From Candidatus Anaeroferrophillacea bacterium (GTDB taxonomy: Bacteria; Desulfobacterota; Anaeroferrophillalia; Anaeroferrophillales; Anaeroferrophillaceae), in contig JAFGAM010000100.1 of the NCBI GenBank assembly GCA_016933675.1, positions 8,928 to 72,927 on the forward strand: a stretch of 64,000 nt of DNA, given 5' to 3'. Below are positions 44,481 through 52,863 of the stretch, in pieces; positions within the stretch are counted from its first letter, which is position 1, and every line of letters starts with the position of its first letter. The notes under the pieces are model-generated. The model did not search any database. It was not told the origin of the DNA and worked only from the letters and a program-made list of their open reading frames with translations. The translations under genes and the position numbers were made by a program.

Positions 44481-46418
44481 ATGAAAAAAACCGTTTGCTG
44501 GGTGCTGGTTCTCTGCTTGAGCTGGTTCGGGGTCGCGGCCGCCGAAACCACGGTGACAAACCAGACCTTGCCGCGCTTCCAGATGGATGAGATGGTGGTG
44601 ACCGCCGGGCGGGACGTGGAGCGGATCATCAACGTGCCCGCCAATGTCACCGTGATCAGCGCCGAGGACATCGAGAAATCCACCGCTACCACGATTACCG
44701 ATCTTCTCGCCGCCGAAGGGGGGCTGGTACGGCGGGGGTTTCTCGGCAACGACAAGAAGGCGGGCGTCGATATCCGCGGCATGGGCGAAACCAGCGTCAG
44801 CAGTGTCCTGGTGCTGGTCGACGGGGTGCGGATCAACCCGGCCGACATGGCCGGTCCCGATTTCAGCAGCCTGGCTCTGGACCAGGTGGAACGCATCGAG
44901 ATTCTGCGTGGTTCCGGCTCGGTGCTCTACGGCAACGGGGCCGTGGGCGGGGTGATCAACATTATTACCCGTCCCGAAGGCGGTCCGCCGGGCGGTATGG
45001 TGCGGCTGGAACGGGGGCGCTACGGGGCGGAAAAGGCGACCGTGCAGGCGCGCGGTACGGCCGGTGATTTCCGTTTCGCGGTTCTCGGGAACTACGCCTG
45101 CGAGGACGGTTACCGGGAGAACGGCGATCTGACCAACCGCAACCTCGATGCCCGGGCGGCGTGGGATATCGGCACCCGGCTGACCCTCTCGGGCGAGATG
45201 CGGTATCACCGGGACCATTACGGCTTTCCCGGCCCCCTGACCGAATCACAGTTCGAAGAAGACCCCCGGCAGAGCCTGGATGATACCGGCAGCGACGGTG
45301 ACACGGAAGAAGAGGCATATGTCGCCGGTCTGGACGGTTTTTTCGGGGCGTATGGCGACCTGTCGGTCAAGTTTACCGCCCGGGAGCGGGAGAACCGCTG
45401 GGTCATGCTCAGGTCGCCCGGTGAAATCCGCGAGCGCAGCCGGGATCTCAACCTGAAACACCGCCTCGAACATGACTTTACCGGCTGGCTGCAGAGCGAA
45501 CTGATTGCCGGGATTGATTACCGGGAAGCGGATTATCATCAGGTAACCTCGTTCGCGGTCAAGCCCTACGATCTCGACAGCGCCGGCTGGTATGCCCTTG
45601 AAAAAATCACCCTCTTCGACCACTGGATCATCCAGGCCGGCTACCGCCGCACCGATTTCACCTATGACGTCAGGAAGACCGACGCCGGCGAAACCTGGCA
45701 TTCGAATGATGTTACCCTCGGCATTGTGCGCCGCTTCTCCTGCGGCGACTTCCTTTCCGGCAGCCTGTTCGCCAATTACGCCACCAGCTTCCGGGTGCCC
45801 GATGTCGACGAACTGGGATTCGCCACCGACGATATCCGGCCCCAGGACGGCGAGCATCGTGACGCCGGGGTGAAACTCCGCTTCCGGAATCGCGCCGAGC
45901 TGATGCTGACCTGGTTTGATACCCGTATCGAGGATGAGATCTGGTTCGATGCCTTCAACTACATCAACACCAATTACGATCATCCGACGCGAAGAACCGG
46001 GCTGGAAACGAGCTTCCGGCTCTTTCTGCCGGCCGCGCTGCGCTGCTGGGGGAGTCATACCTATACCAAAGCGCGCTTCGAAGGCATCGATTACAAGGTG
46101 CCCACGGTGCCGCGGCACAAGCTGGTTCTGGGGTTGAATTGGGCGCCCCTGGAATGGCTGGAGGTGGGGGCGACCTACGACCGCGTGGGATCACGCCCCC
46201 AGGGCGGTGATCCCACCGTGGGCAGCCGGTATAAGGACATGCCGTCCTACGAGGTGGTGAACTGCAAGGTGACCGCCAGATACGAGCCGTACAACCTGAA
46301 GGTGTTCGTTGCGCTTACCAACCTCTTCAATGAACACTATTACAGTCTTTCGTATTACGATAACGTCTATCCGTCGCCGGGCCTCGGGGCGCGTCTCGGC
46401 CTCGAGTGGCGGATATAG
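44481..46418 (+). CDS. TonB-dependent receptor, BtuB-like size and context
   Basis: 645 aa from ATG 44481. Signal peptide, TonB box DEMVVTA, plug (NVTVISAEDIEKSTATTITDLL...VLVDGVRIN...IEILRGSGSVLYGNGAVGGVINIIT), and a beta-barrel to the C-terminus. Confidence 0.88.
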   Translation: MKKTVCWVLVLCLSWFGVAAAETTVTNQTLPRFQMDEMVVTAGRDVERIINVPANVTVISAEDIEKSTATTITDLLAAEGGLVRRGFLGNDKKAGVDIRGMGETSVSSVLVLVDGVRINPADMAGPDFSSLALDQVERIEILRGSGSVLYGNGAVGGVINIITRPEGGPPGGMVRLERGRYGAEKATVQARGTAGDFRFAVLGNYACEDGYRENGDLTNRNLDARAAWDIGTRLTLSGEMRYHRDHYGFPGPLTESQFEEDPRQSLDDTGSDGDTEEEAYVAGLDGFFGAYGDLSVKFTARERENRWVMLRSPGEIRERSRDLNLKHRLEHDFTGWLQSELIAGIDYREADYHQVTSFAVKPYDLDSAGWYALEKITLFDHWIIQAGYRRTDFTYDVRKTDAGETWHSNDVTLGIVRRFSCGDFLSGSLFANYATSFRVPDVDELGFATDDIRPQDGEHRDAGVKLRFRNRAELMLTWFDTRIEDEIWFDAFNYINTNYDHPTRRTGLETSFRLFLPAALRCWGSHTYTKARFEGIDYKVPTVPRHKLVLGLNWAPLEWLEVGATYDRVGSRPQGGDPTVGSRYKDMPSYEVVNCKVTARYEPYNLKVFVALTNLFNEHYYSLSYYDNVYPSPGLGARLGLEWRI

Positions 46419-46474
46419 ACAGAGCTTGATGAACCGGCATCTTGAACATCATTAACATGCGGGGAGAATAATTG

Positions 46475-48316
46475 ATGAAAGTAGCGATGGTGCGCAAACT
46501 TATGGTAAATATTATTCTTTTTCTTTCATTGCTGCTGGCCGGTGCCGCGCCGGTGTTCGCGGCCTACGGCGACCATGCCGGCCTATATGGTGAGAATGAC
46601 GGGATTCATGGCGGCAACCGCCTGGATCCGGGGGCTTACCCGAGCATGGATTCGCGTATCAAGGGCTGGGCCACCGAAGTGGTGAACTCGTGGCGTCCCG
46701 ATGCCGCCACTTTCGGTTCCCCGACCGATGTGCTCGGCCAGCCGGGCGGTACCTTCGACGTATTTTCGCTTGGCGATGGCGGCAGTATCACGGTGACCTT
46801 CCCGGTACCCATCGGCCGGGGTGACGGACCCGATTTCGCGGTCTGGGAAAATGGTTTTGTCTCCGTGCAGGGAGGTGAAACGGGGATGCTGTTCGCCGAA
46901 CTGTGTTATGTGGAGGTTTCCTCCGACGGCGTGCATTTTGTCCGTTTTCCCAGTGTGAACGGCAGTCCCGATTCCCTGGGCGGCTTCGACTGCATCGATC
47001 CGACCTACTATCACAATCTTGCCGGCAAGCATCCCAACGGCAACGACGGCCGCGATGAGGGCACGCCGTTCGAACTGAATGTTCTTGCCAACGACCCTGA
47101 GGTACTGAACGGAAATGTCGATCTCGACAATATTCTCTATGTCAGACTGATCGACCTGGTCGGCGACGGCTCGACCTTCGATTCTCTGGGCAATCCCATA
47201 TACGATCCGTATCCCACCCCCTTCGGCACCGGCGGCTGCGATGTCGACGCGGTGGGGGTTTTGAATCAGGGCGGGATCAACCAGCCGCCTGATCAGCCGA
47301 CGCCTGTAGCTCCGGAGGATGGCGCGGCCGAGGTGACCTTGCCGGTAGTCTTGTCAAGTTCCGCTTTCAGCGATCCGGATATTGATTCAGAACATGGGTC
47401 AACCCAGTGGCAGGTCAGTGTGAGTGCCGGCTTCGAAACAACGGTTTTCGATAGCACAAGTGCGACCGAGCTGATCGATATTACCCTGGATGACTCCGAT
47501 CTCAACGACGGTATCACCTACTACTGGCGGGCGCGGCATTACGACGATGACGGCGCCGCATCGGCCTGGTCGGCGACATCCAGCTTCACCACCGCGGCGG
47601 CGGTGATTCCGAATTCGGCGCCGAATCAGCCGAGCCTGAGCGCCCCGGCAAACGGTGCGACGGATATCTCTATGCCGGTGACTTTGTCAACCTCGGTCTT
47701 CAGCGATCCGGATGTTGATTCAGAACATGGGTCAACCCAGTGGCAGGTGAGCGAAAGTTCCGGTTTCGGTACGACGGCGTACGATGCAACGAGCAGTGAA
47801 CATCTGACCGCCTTGACACTCGACAATACCTTCCTGCTGGCGGATACGACCTATTACTGGCGGGCGCGTCATTACGACGATGACGGTGTAGCATCGGCCT
47901 GGTCGGCGACATCCAGCTTCACCACCATTGTCGGCGGCAACAGCCAGGCCTGGCCGGAGAATCCGCTGGTGCCGGTGGTCTGGCCCGCCCAGGTGGACCC
48001 GTTGACCACCCCGGTTCAGGTGGGTGCCTGCCCCGATGTTACGGTGCGGCCGTCGCTGCAGGTGTCGGCCGCCGATGTCGGCAAAACGGCGACGCTGATC
48101 ATGTATATCTATTTTCCTGATTACGGCTTCGGGATCAGTATGCGTTCCGCGTCGAAGAAACTGACAACCGAAACCGTTTTCGACCTGATCCCGACCGAAC
48201 TTGATCTCAGCGATGTCGGGAGGTACTCGTTCCACATCTACTACGGCTATATGGTCGGTTCAGATATCATCTACAGCGCCTACGCGCTGACGGTGGGTGA
48301 TGCCTGTGGTAATTGA
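46475..48316 (+). CDS. large secreted multidomain protein: paralog of the 42533 domain + two FN3-like 111-aa repeats + unique C-terminal domain
   Basis: GGGGAG RBS and a signal peptide. [70 protein letters not shown]. Then 2x (SDPD[IV][12 protein letters not shown]...[24 protein letters not shown]). Confidence 0.75.
   Translation: MKVAMVRKLMVNIILFLSLLLAGAAPVFAAYGDHAGLYGENDGIHGGNRLDPGAYPSMDSRIKGWATEVVNSWRPDAATFGSPTDVLGQPGGTFDVFSLGDGGSITVTFPVPIGRGDGPDFAVWENGFVSVQGGETGMLFAELCYVEVSSDGVHFVRFPSVNGSPDSLGGFDCIDPTYYHNLAGKHPNGNDGRDEGTPFELNVLANDPEVLNGNVDLDNILYVRLIDLVGDGSTFDSLGNPIYDPYPTPFGTGGCDVDAVGVLNQGGINQPPDQPTPVAPEDGAAEVTLPVVLSSSAFSDPDIDSEHGSTQWQVSVSAGFETTVFDSTSATELIDITLDDSDLNDGITYYWRARHYDDDGAASAWSATSSFTTAAAVIPNSAPNQPSLSAPANGATDISMPVTLSTSVFSDPDVDSEHGSTQWQVSESSGFGTTAYDATSSEHLTALTLDNTFLLADTTYYWRARHYDDDGVASAWSATSSFTTIVGGNSQAWPENPLVPVVWPAQVDPLTTPVQVGACPDVTVRPSLQVSAADVGKTATLIMYIYFPDYGFGISMRSASKKLTTETVFDLIPTELDLSDVGRYSFHIYYGYMVGSDIIYSAYALTVGDACGN
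47261..47926 (+). repeat. intragenic tandem duplication, 2 x 333 bp (FN3-like modules)
   Basis: Unit ends (ttcaccacc) lie at 47593 and 47926. Long near-identical stretches include ttcagcgatccggat.ttgattcagaacatgggtcaacccagtggcaggt and tactactggcgggcgcg.cattacgacgatgacgg. Confidence 0.8.
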
Positions 48317-48378
48317 CGAACCTCTTCGGGGTTGCCGCGAGCACGGTGTGTGCCGTGCCCGGCGGTACCCTTTTACCC

Positions 48379-48407
48379 TTGATAACCCGGTTTCCTGAGG
48401 GTAAACG
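48379..48407 (+). promoter_or_regulatory. promoter candidate of riboswitch-like element C (paralog of 40446-40475)
   Basis: TTGATA-acccggtttcctgaggg-TAAACG. Confidence 0.35.
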
Positions 48408-48430
48408 GGTGAAAAACGAATTATGAACAA

Positions 48431-48519
48431 TTCGTTCGGGTGCTATTTCAGCCTGACAGGGAACCCCGTGCAAGTCGGGGGCGGGTCACTGAATCGCAAC
48501 CGGGGCGATAAAACGGATG
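48431..48519 (+). promoter_or_regulatory. truncated cobalamin-riboswitch paralog C (5' half only; B12 box and 3' P1 strand missing)
   Basis: TTCGTTCGGGTGCTATTTCAGCCTGACAGGGAACCCCGTGCAAGTCGGGG is about 92% identical to the start of riboswitch A. It then jumps to AACCGGGGCGATAAAACGGATGCC, which matches the pre-terminator segment of A. There is no AGTCAG..CCTGCC box and no CCCGAACGAA. Confidence 0.55.
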
Positions 48520-48554
48520 CCCCATACCGGCGGATGCCGGTATGGGGCTTTTTT
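48520..48554 (+). terminator. intrinsic terminator following element C
   Basis: CCCCATACCGGC-ggat-GCCGGTATGGGG followed by CTTTTTT. Confidence 0.8.
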
Positions 48555-49068
48555 ACCCGTAACGCGATGTTAATCCGCTGCCGGCATGATTTATGGAACC
48601 GTAACAACCGCCGCTGAAGTTTAGCGCTTACACGTTTCCCATGCCCCGCATGAGACATCGGGGTTGAAAGCTCATTGAAAAAAGAAGATTGTCTAAGCTA
48701 CGCTGCTTTTTCCAATTCTGGCGGCTGTTTGTCTCTCGCCAAGCCTTTACTCGGCCCGAATTTTCCTGATTTCGGGTTCCAGAGAGAGCGAATGTCGACC
48801 TGTGCAAAAATCCGTTGCAGGCCCAGCCGCAGCCGCCCGGCGGTAATCGGATGACCTCCCCGCCAAGGGGCCAGATTTGCCAGCTCATGCAGAGGAAGGT
48901 TTTGATCCTTCTTCCAGGGCCGCGCAAAATTGCCGCAGTGTCAAGCACTTTTTTAACATTTTTTGCTTCGACAACTTTTTTTCAAAGAGCGCAGGTGAGG
49001 CCAAGGTGAGCGTGCTCACGAAGTGCTCAGAACTCTAAACTTCAGAACCGCCGGAATACGCTGAAAAG

Positions 49069-49233
49069 AGATGGCACGGGAGGGTCGATTCGCGAATCGC
49101 CCCTCCAAATTCACGGCGCTTTTAATGAAGCGTACATGGAGGTGCGGCGAATGACTCAACTTGCAGCGCCTGTCTGCGTGCGGCACGCACAGGCAGGCAA
49201 CGAAGAAGATGGAGTTGTCGCGAAGCCATCATG
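49069..49233 (+). repeat. interspersed structured repeat, copy 2 (longest)
   Basis: GATGGCACGGGAGGGTCGATTCGCGAATCGCCCCTCC...GAAGCGTACATGGAGGTGCGG...GCAGCGCCTGTCTGCGTGCGGCACGCACAGGCAGGCAACGAAGAAGATGGAGTTGTCGCGAAGCCATCATG. Confidence 0.7.
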
Positions 49234-49234
49234 A

Positions 49235-49263
49235 TTGACACCGCGTTGTGCCCCTGTTATAGT
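49235..49263 (+). promoter_or_regulatory. sigma70-type promoter of the TonB2-type energizer operon
   Basis: TTGACA (49235-49240), 17 nt, TATAGT (49258-49263), about 110 nt upstream of ATG 49372. Confidence 0.5.
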
Positions 49264-49371
49264 GAGGAAACCGCTCACGAAGAGCGGATACCCCGCCTGA
49301 AGCAACGGGCAGAAGCCCAGCCTTGATCTGATGTTCATTTTATCCCGTTATTCACTTGTTTACCGTCGAGG

Positions 49372-50157
49372 ATGCTGCCGATGAGGATTCCTCTCCATCT
49401 GTTCCTGTGCCTGTTCTGCCTGGCGATGGTGCTGCCGCCTGCTGTGGTCCGGGCTGCAACGGTGCCGGTGGATGCCGCCGGCGACACGGTGAATCGCACT
49501 GTCGCCGAGCAGGAAAAACGTCAGCGCGAGGTTTCCGCCTGGGAGGAAGAGCGCCGCGAACTGCTGGAAACCCGTCACGAACTGGAGCAGCGGCTCGAAC
49601 TGCTGCGCTTCCGTTGCGCGAAGTACGAGGGCTATACCGACCGGCGGCGGCAGACCATCGCCGAGCTGGAGGCGGGTATCGCCGCCCAGCGGCAGATTGC
49701 CGACGAGCTGGAGCCGCTGCTGGATGAAACCCTGGCGAAAACCCGGATGTTTGCTGCCGCCGATCTGCCGTTTCTCGTCGACGAGCGGGAGAACCGGTTT
49801 CTCCAGATCGCCGAGCTGCTGGATAGCTACGATGCCTCGCTGGCGGAGAAGCTTCGCCGGGTGCTGGAGATGCTGCACATCGAGGCGCGATACGGCCAGG
49901 GGGTCGAGGCCTATGACGCCCGGCTGCCGGTGGGCGGCGGCGAGGCCGCGGTCAAGGTGCTGCGGGTGGGACGCGTTGGGCTGTATTACCTGACCCTCGA
50001 CGGCACCGCGGCCGGCTGGTACAATCCTGCCGCCGGGGTCTGGGAGCCGCTTTCCGGCGGATCCCGCGACGCTGTGCGCGAGGCGTTGCGAATGGCGATG
50101 AAGCAGCGCGCGGTGGATCTCGTCACCCTGCCGGTGGCGGCAGGAGGGCGGCCATGA
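49372..50157 (+). CDS. DUF3450-domain protein (TtpB-like component of TonB2-type systems)
   Basis: Signal peptide then a long coiled coil, with a C-terminal LRVGRVGLYYLTLDG...GWYNPAAGVWEPL pattern. First gene of the ExbB/ExbD/TonB cluster. Confidence 0.75.
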   Translation: MLPMRIPLHLFLCLFCLAMVLPPAVVRAATVPVDAAGDTVNRTVAEQEKRQREVSAWEEERRELLETRHELEQRLELLRFRCAKYEGYTDRRRQTIAELEAGIAAQRQIADELEPLLDETLAKTRMFAAADLPFLVDERENRFLQIAELLDSYDASLAEKLRRVLEMLHIEARYGQGVEAYDARLPVGGGEAAVKVLRVGRVGLYYLTLDGTAAGWYNPAAGVWEPLSGGSRDAVREALRMAMKQRAVDLVTLPVAAGGRP

Positions 50158-51809
50158 GCTTCCGCATGAATCGTGTACCGAATCCCGATTTGCATGATGC
50201 ATTTCGTTGTGCAGACCGACCCTGCTATACGGTCATACAGACCGGTTTTTCGCCGGGCGGCGATGAATTCGCCGCAACCCTGTGTCAAGTTCCTGCAGGT
50301 GCCGGTTGCGGATGTGCCAAGCCGGCGTCCGCGGCCGGCCGGATGATACGGACGGGGCTGTACGGCCGATTGCCGTGGGTTGCCGTCACCGTGATTCCGC
50401 TGCTGTTTATCATCCTCTGCGTCGCGATGATCGATGGCGGACCGCCGGCCACTGCCGCCGAATCCGCCGATGGCTTCGCCGCCGTGCGCCGGGGACTGCA
50501 GGAAGAACTGAACGCGGCCCACGCGGAACGGCGGCAGACCACGGCTGACATCGCCGCCGAACGCCGTGGACTTCAGGATGACATCGTCGCTCTGCAGCGT
50601 GATGTGGCGGCGGCGGAGGCCGAACTGAACCGCCTGGAGAAGGTCCACGACCAACTGCTGGCGGAGGAAAAACGGCTCGCGGAAGCTCAGCGCGAGGCGA
50701 TCGCCGCCATGGACGAGGTCCGGGGTACCGTGCGTACCGGGGCCCGGGACCTGCTGGCGCTGCTGGAAAGTTCCCTGGTGTCGGGCCACCGGCCAGGCCG
50801 GGCAGAGCCGTTTCGGGAACTGCTGGCCGCCGGCCGGGCGCCGCGGATGGAGGAAATCCGCGCGCTCATCGCCGCCTATGACGACGAACTGTGGGGCAGC
50901 GGCACGGTCGAGCGGCAGCCGGCGGCGATGGTGGGGCTCGACGGCCGCCGGCGGCAGGCCGAGGTGACCCGTATCGGTGCGCTCACCGCCATCTGCCAGG
51001 ATGACGAGGCGGGCCTGTCCTTCGCCGTCTACGGCAAGGAACATGACGCCTTCCTGGCCGTTTCCCGCGTCCCCTGGTTCCACCGCCGGACGGTGAAGCG
51101 CTTCCTCGCCGGTGAGGATGCGGATGTCTGCCTCGATTTCTCCGGCGGCGCCACGGTGCAGCGCCTGGCATTGCAGCCCACCCCCTGGGAGCGGCTCAAA
51201 TCCGGCGGCGTGCTGGTCTGGCCGATTCTTTTTATCGGCATTGTTGCTCTCGGTCTGAGCGTCGAGCGCTTTTTCTTCCTGCGCCGGGTGAAGAGTAACA
51301 CCGACACGGTGATGGGGCGGGTGACCGGCCTGGTGGCCGGCGGCGAGTGGGACGCGAGTCTCGAGCTGGTACAGCGGCGCACCGGGCCGGTATACAACGT
51401 GCTCGCCGCCGGGCTGCGGGCCCGTCGGAGTACCCGGGAGGTGTTGGAGCACGTCTTCGAGGAAGCGATCATGAAGGAGCTGCCGCGGTTGGAGAAGTTT
51501 CTGCCCACCCTCCAAGTGCTGGCGGCGGTGGCGCCGCTTTTGGGCCTGCTGGGTACCGTCACCGGGATGATCGACACCTTCCAGGTCATCACCATCTACG
51601 GCACCGGTGACCCCAAGATGATGTCCGGCGGCATCTCCGAGGCCCTCGTCACCACCAAACTCGGCCTGATGGTGGCCATTCCCATTATCCTCATTCATAC
51701 CTTCTTCTCCCGCCGGGTGGAGGCGATCATCGGCGATATGGAGGAGAAGGCCGTGGGCCTCACGGTGGCAATCATCAACCGCGACAACGGCCGCGCTGAG
51801 GGCGCCTGA
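50154..51809 (+). CDS. large MotA/TolQ/ExbB proton-channel family protein (TtpC-like)
   Basis: N-terminal TM + coiled coil + C-terminal ExbB core (LAAVAPLLGLLGTVTGMIDTF...GISEALVTTKLGLMVAIP). ATGA overlap at 50154. An alternative start at ATG 50343 is plausible because 50160-50340 looks non-coding. Confidence 0.8.
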   Translation: MSFRMNRVPNPDLHDAFRCADRPCYTVIQTGFSPGGDEFAATLCQVPAGAGCGCAKPASAAGRMIRTGLYGRLPWVAVTVIPLLFIILCVAMIDGGPPATAAESADGFAAVRRGLQEELNAAHAERRQTTADIAAERRGLQDDIVALQRDVAAAEAELNRLEKVHDQLLAEEKRLAEAQREAIAAMDEVRGTVRTGARDLLALLESSLVSGHRPGRAEPFRELLAAGRAPRMEEIRALIAAYDDELWGSGTVERQPAAMVGLDGRRRQAEVTRIGALTAICQDDEAGLSFAVYGKEHDAFLAVSRVPWFHRRTVKRFLAGEDADVCLDFSGGATVQRLALQPTPWERLKSGGVLVWPILFIGIVALGLSVERFFFLRRVKSNTDTVMGRVTGLVAGGEWDASLELVQRRTGPVYNVLAAGLRARRSTREVLEHVFEEAIMKELPRLEKFLPTLQVLAAVAPLLGLLGTVTGMIDTFQVITIYGTGDPKMMSGGISEALVTTKLGLMVAIPIILIHTFFSRRVEAIIGDMEEKAVGLTVAIINRDNGRAEGA

Positions 51810-51828
51810 GGCGGACGGGGAGGTAAGC

Positions 51829-52452
51829 ATGGAACTGCTGACCCGCATCTATCACTACGTTACGAGCGGGGGCCCGCTGATGGTGCCCATCGCCGCGGTG
51901 TCGCTGCTGCTCTGGGTGCTGGTGATCATGAAACTGCAGGAGGTTTACGAACTTTCGCGCCGGGAGGTGGGCGCCGGTGAGGCGGTGGCCATGGTTGTTC
52001 GTGGTGACGACGGTTCGCTGACGGGTACCGTACTCGGCCACGTGGTGTTCCATTTTCTCGAACAGCGTACCGCCGACCGGCAGGTCAACCTGGCGTTGCT
52101 CTCGTCCCTGGTGGCCCGGGAGCAGCGGCGCCTGGAGCAGGGCCTCGACGTCATCCTCGTACTTGCCACAGTGGCGCCGCTTTTGGGTCTGCTGGGCACG
52201 GTTGCCGGTATGATCGGTACCTTCGACAGCATCGCGGTGCATGGCACCGGCAACGCCCGGGCTATGGCCGGGGGCATCTCCGAGGCGCTGATTACCACCC
52301 AGAGCGGCCTCTTCGTCTCCATCCCGGGGCTGTTCATGGCCAACTTCCTGCGCCGGCGGGTGGAAGGGTTTGCGCATATGCTCGAGGAATTCCGCGCCGG
52401 GATGATGCAGACCGTCGGCGGGCCGGCGGCTGCGGCGGAGGGCGGCCGATGA
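51829..52452 (+). CDS. exbB: ExbB (MotA/TolQ/ExbB family)
   Basis: 207 aa. LATVAPLLGLLGTVAGMIGTF and GISEALITTQSGLFVSIP. Confidence 0.9.
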   Translation: MELLTRIYHYVTSGGPLMVPIAAVSLLLWVLVIMKLQEVYELSRREVGAGEAVAMVVRGDDGSLTGTVLGHVVFHFLEQRTADRQVNLALLSSLVAREQRRLEQGLDVILVLATVAPLLGLLGTVAGMIGTFDSIAVHGTGNARAMAGGISEALITTQSGLFVSIPGLFMANFLRRRVEGFAHMLEEFRAGMMQTVGGPAAAAEGGR

Positions 52453-52862
52453 TCAACGCTAGAGGCCGGCTGCGCCGGCAGCGCGGGGCGGCGGAGATCA
52501 ACATGGCGCCCATGCTGGACATGGTGTTCATCCTGCTGATCTTCTTTCTTGTCACCACCAGTTTCGTCCGTGAGGCCGGAGTCGAGGTGCGCCGCCCGGT
52601 GGCCCGCACCGCTGCCGCCGAGGCCGCCGCCAGCCTGCGGGTGGGTATCGAGGCGTCAGGGCGGATATTCATGGATGGCCGGCAGGTGGACGAACGCAGT
52701 GTCCGCGCCCTGGTGGAACGCTTTCTGGCCGAGAATCCCGATGGCAGCGTCGTCATCGTCGCCGACCGCGAGACGCCTACCGGGGTGACCATCAGGGTGG
52801 TGGACAACTGCCGCCTGGCGGGGGCGGTGAACGTCGCCGTTGCCGCCACCCGGGAGTCCTGA
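52449..52862 (+). CDS. exbD: ExbD/TolR biopolymer transport protein
   Basis: 137 aa. INMAPMLDMVFILLIFFLVTT and a C-terminal periplasmic domain. ATGA overlap with exbB. Confidence 0.9.
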   Translation: MINARGRLRRQRGAAEINMAPMLDMVFILLIFFLVTTSFVREAGVEVRRPVARTAAAEAAASLRVGIEASGRIFMDGRQVDERSVRALVERFLAENPDGSVVIVADRETPTGVTIRVVDNCRLAGAVNVAVAATRES

Positions 52863-52863
52863 G

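Noticed and set aside
48628-48948. 106-aa minus-strand ORF, and another minus frame (..PLHELANLAPWRGGHPITAGRLRLGLQRIFAQVD..), in the AT-rich gap after riboswitch remnant C.
   Set aside because: No start/RBS context and no family recognised. It could be a decayed gene fragment, but I cannot support a call.
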